Assembly (NCBI RefSeq): GCF_001194135.2
Contig: NC_068995.1
Coordinates: 24,668,980-24,711,016, forward strand
Source: Octopus bimaculoides
Taxonomy: Eukaryota
Length of the DNA stretch: 42,037 nucleotides
Reading direction: 5' to 3'
Shown: positions 36,276 through 42,037 of the stretch, one piece after another
Numbering within the stretch: the first letter of the stretch is position 1
Layout: each line of letters begins with the position of its first letter
Program-made: the position numbers and the translations under genes
Notes under the pieces: model-generated
Told to the model about the DNA's origin: nothing
The model's input: the letters and a program-made list of their open reading frames with translations, nothing else
Database searches by the model: none

Positions 36276-36594
36276 AAGGTAAATAATAAATTGCAAGCAG
36301 TCAAAACACGATACGATAATGTTCGGTGCAACAGTGTAGCAGCCTACAGACGTATTAAAGAAACTATTAACATCCACGATAACTATTGTTCATTTTTCTA
36401 CCTTAATGAGAGTAGTAACAGTCAAACGAAACGATTTCAACATATGAATGGTACTTATTTTACTAGTCGTTATGGTTGTAACTAAGAACATTAGAAAATG
36501 TAGCTAAATAACCTCAGGCATTTACTCAGTGTTTTGTATTTCTGTCCCAATTTAATATATAAAAATAACAATCATAATATTTATGTGTATGTGT

Positions 36595-36792
36595 CTGGCA
36601 AAAATGAGTAGCACCTGTATATCAAAGGGCCAGTCTTGTCATATTCTGAATCACGAAGAATTTCTCTGGGAAATACGTTAAGGGTACGCGTGTCTGTAGA
36701 GTGCTTAGCCACTTGCCCGTTAATTTCACGAGCAAGCTGTTCCGTTGACTGGATCGACTGAAACCCTCGTCGTCGTAACCGACGGAGTACCA
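36595..36792 (-). mobile_element. Interspersed repeat family E (SINE-like); opposite-orientation copy at 40288-40397
   Basis: gtacgcgtgtctgtagagtgcttagccacttgcccgttaatttcacgagcaagctgttccgttgactggatcgactg is the reverse complement of 40320-40395 with few changes. Strand is arbitrary. Confidence 0.85.
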
Positions 36793-37839
36793 ATATACGA
36801 ATATTCAATACGCTCAGACATACACAACCGTAGACTGGGGTCTATCTATCTGTCTAGCTATCTAGCTATCTACCTGTCTGTCTGTCTGTCTGTACATATA
36901 GCTGCAGCGTGACCCGAGGAAACCCTAAACAGAACCCAGAAAAACGACCCCTCTAAAACATAATGTTTGTCTGTCTATCTATCAATCTATCAATCTATCG
37001 ATCTATTATGGAAATAGGGGTATATGCAGAGAAGCAGGTTCCCTCTACTTTTAGCACGAGTTTAACTCCTCTCCTTTCGCAATCTCAGCATCCAGTGCCT
37101 TATCGTACTCGTCTTTCAAAAACGCATTTCCATCCATTAATTAATTCATTAATTTATCTTTCTATGTATTCATATAAACGTTCTGTGTTTGCGTATGCTT
37201 ATTTATTCTTTATGTGCGTTTCTGTGTGTACACACGCATGTAAACATACATACGTACACGTATACATACTGACATACATATATACATACCTCCCTCATAC
37301 ATTTATAAAGTAGTAAACAATTATGTATTAGTTTAATTTATCGTCGCCTGTCATTGATAAATCAGCTGGCGTTGATTATCAATGTAAACAGGAAATCGAA
37401 GAGTAACGGAAATAGATGCATATTATAAATGAAAACAAACATTGCATATAAGATATACAAGTCGGCAAAATGACTGCAGGAGTAATGCGGCATCCAGTGC
37501 ATTCGCTTAACCCGTTTCTCGCATTGTTACTTGAACACAACAAAATCTTGTTCTTTTCTAGAACAACAGTCGCACTTATACAATCATTATCATGATTGTA
37601 AAAGTACCTAGTCTCTTTCTTTTATCACTGTCTCTTTGTCTCTTTCTTTTATCACTATCAGTTCTTTTCTTCTCTCTCTCCCTCTTTCTCACCCTCCCTC
37701 TGCTTTAGCTTTAAATGTCTAACCTATCAGTGTTTCATTGATACTTGTTACAGGTACACATATACAAGTACACATAACAGACACACACACACACACACAT
37801 CATCATCATCATCATCAACAACAACAACAACAATAGTTC

Positions 37840-38249
37840 TTTCTACTAAAGGCACAAGGGCTGAAATTTTTGAGGTAGGGGTTAAATTGATTACATCGAC
37901 CCTAGAACTGAATTGGTACTTATTTTGTCGACTCCGAAAGGATGAAAGGCAAAGTCAACCTCGGCGGAATTTGAACTCAGAACGTAAAGACGAAGTATCG
38001 CTAATTTTTTTGCCCGGCGTGCTAACCATTCTGCCAGCTCACCGCCTTAACAACAAGTACAACAACAATAATAATAATCCTTTCTACTATAGGCACAAGG
38101 CCTGGATTTTGTGGGGAGGGGGACAGTCAATCACATTGACTCAAGTACTTGACTGGTACTTCATGTATCGACCGCGAAAGGATGAAAGGCAAAATCGACC
38201 TCGCTAAGCATTTCGCCCGGCGTGCTAACGATTCTGCCAGCTCACCGCC

Positions 38250-38311
<62 letters not shown>

Positions 38312-38420
38312 TTTGGCACAAGGCCAGCGAATTCAGGGAAGGCGAGAAGTCTATTACATCAATCCTAATTAGTTCGCAGCTGGTACTTATTTTATCAGCC
38401 CTGAGAGAAGGAAACAGAAA
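37840..38420 (-). mobile_element. Three same-orientation SINE family B copies separated by (AAC)/(AAT) tracts
   Basis: Copies at about 37840-38050, 38080-38252 (internally deleted) and 38311-38420 (partial). Confidence 0.9.
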
Positions 38421-38544
38421 GTGTTCCAGTGCACCACATCTTGCCAGAAAAAGGTAGGAGAAAAAAGGGACAGAAATCAGCAGGAAGTCATGACAGTAAT
38501 GATAGCCAAAAGTACAATAGACAGGGGAAAATAGTAAAAGTGAA

Positions 38545-38695
38545 GCAGGCGTGGCTGTGTGGTAAGAAGATTGCTTCCGGTTTAATCTTACTGCGTGGCA
38601 CCTTGGACAAGTGTCTTCTATTATACTCCCTGACCGACCAGTGACTTGTGGGTGAGTTTGATAAACGGAAACTGAGAGAAGCCTGTCGTATATAT
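38545..38695 (+). mobile_element. SINE family A, 5' half (rest in gap)
   Basis: gcaggcgtggctgtgtggtaagaag..ctgcgtggcaccttggacaagtgtcttc..ggaaactgagagaagcctgtcg. Confidence 0.9.
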
Positions 38696-39513
38696 NNNNN
38701 NNNNNNNNNNNNNNNNNNNNNNNNNNNNNNNNNNNNNNNNNNNNNNNNNNNNNNNNNNNNNNNNNNNNNNNNNNNNNNNNNNNNNNNNNNNNNNNNNNNN
38801 NNNNNNNNNNNNNNNNNNNNNNNNNNNNNNNNNNNNNNNNNNNNNNNNNNNNNNNNNNNNNNNNNNNNNNNNNNNNNNNNNNNNNNNNNNNNNNNNNNNN
38901 NNNNNNNNNNNNNNNNNNNNNNNNNNNNNNNNNNNNNNNNNNNNNNNNNNNNNNNNNNNNNNNNNNNNNNNNNNNNNNNNNNNNNNNNNNNNNNNNNNNN
39001 NNNNNNNNNNNNNNNNNNNNNNNNNNNNNNNNNNNNNNNNNNNNNNNNNNNNNNNNNNNNNNNNNNNNNNNNNNNNNNNNNNNNNNNNNNNNNNNNNNNN
39101 NNNNNNNNNNNNNNNNNNNNNNNNNNNNNNNNNNNNNNNNNNNNNNNNNNNNNNNNNNNNNNNNNNNNNNNNNNNNNNNNNNNNNNNNNNNNNNNNNNNN
39201 NNNNNNNNNNNNNNNNNNNNNNNNNNNNNNNNNNNNNNNNNNNNNNNNNNNNNNNNNNNNNNNNNNNNNNNNNNNNNNNNNNNNNNNNNNNNNNNNNNNN
39301 NNNNNNNNNNNNNNNNNNNNNNNNNNNNNNNNNNNNNNNNNNNNNNNNNNNNNNNNNNNNNNNNNNNNNNNNNNNNNNNNNNNNNNNNNNNNNNNNNNNN
39401 NNNNNNNNNNNNNNNNNNNNNNNNNNNNNNNNNNNNNNNNNNNNNNNNNNNNNNNNNNNNNNNNNNNNNNNNNNNNNNNNNNNNNNNNNNNNNNNNNNNN
39501 NNNNNNNNNNNNN
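38696..39513. other. Assembly gap
   Basis: N run. Confidence 1.
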
Positions 39514-39534
39514 TATATATATATATATATATAT

Positions 39535-39930
39535 ATTCTTTTATATGTTTCAGTCATTTGACTGCGGCCATGCTGGAGCACCGCCTTGGAGAGTTTTATT
39601 GGAAGAAATCGACCCCAGGACTATTGTTTGTAAGCCTAGTACATATTCTATCGTCTCTTTTGCCGAATCGCTAAGCTACAGGGTCATAAACACACCAACA
39701 TCGGTTGTCAAGCGATGGGGGGGGGGGGACAAACACAGACACAAAGACACTCACACACACACATATATGTTGGGCTTCTTTCAGTTTCCGTCTACTAAAT
39801 CCACTCACGTAGCTTTGGTCGGCCCGAGGCTATAATAGAAGACACTTGGCCAAGGTGCCACGTAATGAGATTGACCCCGGAACCATCTGGTTGAGAAGCA
39901 AGCTTCTTACTACACAGCCACGCCTGCGCC
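39535..39930 (-). mobile_element. SINE family A, full length, CpG-retaining
   Basis: Ends cttactacacagccacgcctgcgcc, the tRNA-like 5' end on the minus strand. Confidence 0.96.
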
Positions 39931-40287
39931 TGTATATAATCTCGTATACGCATACTATATAATGCACACGAGAGAAAAGTGCATCAGACGAGAATTTGGC
40001 ATCAATGTACACATGCATATCTGCATTCACCTGTGTTTTGAATACACTAAGTCACACTGACCCGAATGAACGAAACATGAATATATTTCGTCGTAGACAC
40101 ACACACACACACACACACACGCTCGCACACATTTATGTTTGTATGTAGATGCGGTGCTCCAGATTAGCTGCAGACCAACGATCGAAACAGTTACATACCC
40201 ACAAATATATTGTAAAATAACTGAAAACAGTGGCGTAAATTATAAAAACAAACTAAATAAATTTATACACACATATGTACATACATA

Positions 40288-40397
40288 CTGGCATTGCCGG
40301 TAACGACGGCGACGGTTCCAGTTGATCCGATCAACGGAACAGCCCACCCGTGAAATTAACGTACAAGTGTCTGAGCACTCAACAGACACGCGTACAC
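40288..40397 (+). mobile_element. Family E fragment
   Basis: Inverted match to 36680-36792. Confidence 0.85.
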
Positions 40398-40665
40398 ATC
40401 GATAGATGCATATTCATTTTTACACGCACACACATAAACATAGTATGTATAATATGCATGTGCATATAGTAATATAATACGGCGGAATCAACACACATGC
40501 ACACACACATCATGTATGTATGTTTGTATGTGCACGTGGTCATATACATGCATAAACATGCACAATTGACTATATAAAATATCCAGAAGTTCTCACCTTA
40601 CCAAATATTATTCGTTACTAAACATGCAAAGACATCTATACATGCATAAAGAATCCTCCTCTTTC

Positions 40666-40710
<45 letters not shown>

Positions 40711-40871
40711 GTATGTATGTATGTTATACATCATATAAACTTTTACACGGATAGCTACTCGTACAGAGAATTTTTAGGTTTTATTCATGTGTGCAATCAA
40801 GTAACTAAATGCATGATCTGCATATCAACCTCAAAAAATATATATATACAAATACATATATTCCAACAAAC

Positions 40872-40935
40872 TATACAATAAAAAATATAATATAATATAA
40901 TATAATATAATATAATACAATATGATATAATGTAA
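40872..40935. repeat. (AATAT)n pentanucleotide repeat
   Basis: Seen directly. Confidence 0.9.
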
Positions 40936-41074
40936 TATACAGACATATATGTATGTGTATATTGTGTGTGTATGTTGTGTTTAAAAGAGAACAAATTGTT
41001 GATATTTCAGATAATTCATTACAAACGTTTTAGTAAACAATAATCAATAATTAAATCGATTGCCGAACACACAG

Positions 41075-41076
<2 letters not shown>

Positions 41077-41128
<52 letters not shown>
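41077..41128. repeat. (AT)n microsatellite
   Basis: Seen directly. Confidence 0.99.
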
Positions 41129-41132
<4 letters not shown>

Positions 41133-41284
41133 GAAAGAAAGAAAGAGAGCGAGAAAGAGAGGTAAATATACATGCACATATACATATATAGGTACTTGAA
41201 TGTGTATGAGTGAAATTATATACATACAACTTATATACATACATACACATACAATTCTCTTTATATACATCACATGTATGTGTA

Positions 41285-41606
41285 CAGCTATACCTCAACT
41301 TACGTCGTTAATTGGTTCCAAGACTGGCGACTGAACCCGAATAAATGACGTAAAGCGAAATAATATTCTTAAACAATTCATCAGCTCCTCTGTTTTAATA
41401 AATGGTTTGTACATATTTTCACGTGTTTTTATTTGATTTTCCACTTCAGCATTGGTTTTTAAGTGTTATTTTATAATTTTTATGCTTTTAAATATATGCT
41501 CACTGAAATCGAAATAAAGTTGAAGAATTTCCTAAAAACAAACAAACAAAAAAAACGTAAAGTCGAAAAAGACTCAACTCGAAACGACGTAAGTTGAGGT
41601 ATGCGG
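41285..41606. mobile_element. Complete Tc1/mariner-superfamily (Tigger/pogo-like) MITE
   Basis: Perfect 20-bp inverted match atacctcaacttacgtcgtt (41290-41309 / 41583-41602), TA on both flanks, CAG start. Confidence 0.85.
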
Positions 41607-42037
41607 TATATGTGTGTGTGTATCCATGTATATGAATATATATATATAAACATACATGCATACATACAAACATGTGTACACACACACACACACGCGCGCG
41701 CGCACATACATACACGCACGCGCACACACACATGCACCCCCCTCCCCCCCACACAAAGTTACTTCTGTTCGGGTTCTCGTAACAGAATTTACTTCGGAAA
41801 ATATTCAACTAATGGAGAAAATCGGACACTACTTCTTGAAGTATTGAGTACATTATTTTGCTCTGTAAGATCTGTTCTTCCGAAAGAACACAGACGAATA
41901 AATACATTCATACATAGATATACACATATACATACACGCACACACATGTATATATGTATATATACAGATATATATATATGCAAGCATTAATGTTTGTGAA
42001 TTTATTGTTTTTTAACTATATATATATATATATATAT

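Noticed and set aside
179-41990. Long ORFs rich in poly-N/I/M/D/T/HT/YI or X
   Set aside because: They are translations of (AAT)n, (GAT)n, (CA)n and (AT)n repeats or of N gaps.
1-42037. CRISPR array, prokaryotic operon, rRNA or organellar insertion
   Set aside because: There is no repeat-spacer periodicity, no long ORFs and no recognisable rRNA or mitochondrial sequence; the DNA is animal nuclear in character.

Overview
AT-rich, repeat-dense animal genomic DNA from a gapped draft assembly (7 N-gaps, most of them next to simple repeats). The repeat families match my recollection of Octopus SINEs, so the source is probably an octopod cephalopod; this is an inference, not a search result. No intact protein-coding gene, RNA gene or CRISPR array can be supported, and most ORFs in the track are microsatellite or N-gap artefacts. 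The window holds more than 25 tRNA-derived SINE copies and relics of four non-LTR clades (R4/Dong, RTE, CRE-like, L1/Tx1). It also holds a mariner relic, a non-autonomous Helitron, piggyBac-type and Tigger-type MITEs, and many microsatellites. The strongest unexplained structure is a sharp CpG boundary near 29 kb: left of it both unique DNA and old repeat copies have lost CpGs, right of it the same families keep them. This suggests a methylated gene body of at least 29 kb ending at a CpG-rich promoter-like region (about 29.1-30.1 kb), although I could not identify its exons. Other notable items are a 165-bp-arm inverted duplication, a 22-bp hairpin, tandem CRE-like 3' ends and (AAT)n-embedded elements. 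I found no convincing wholly new biological system.
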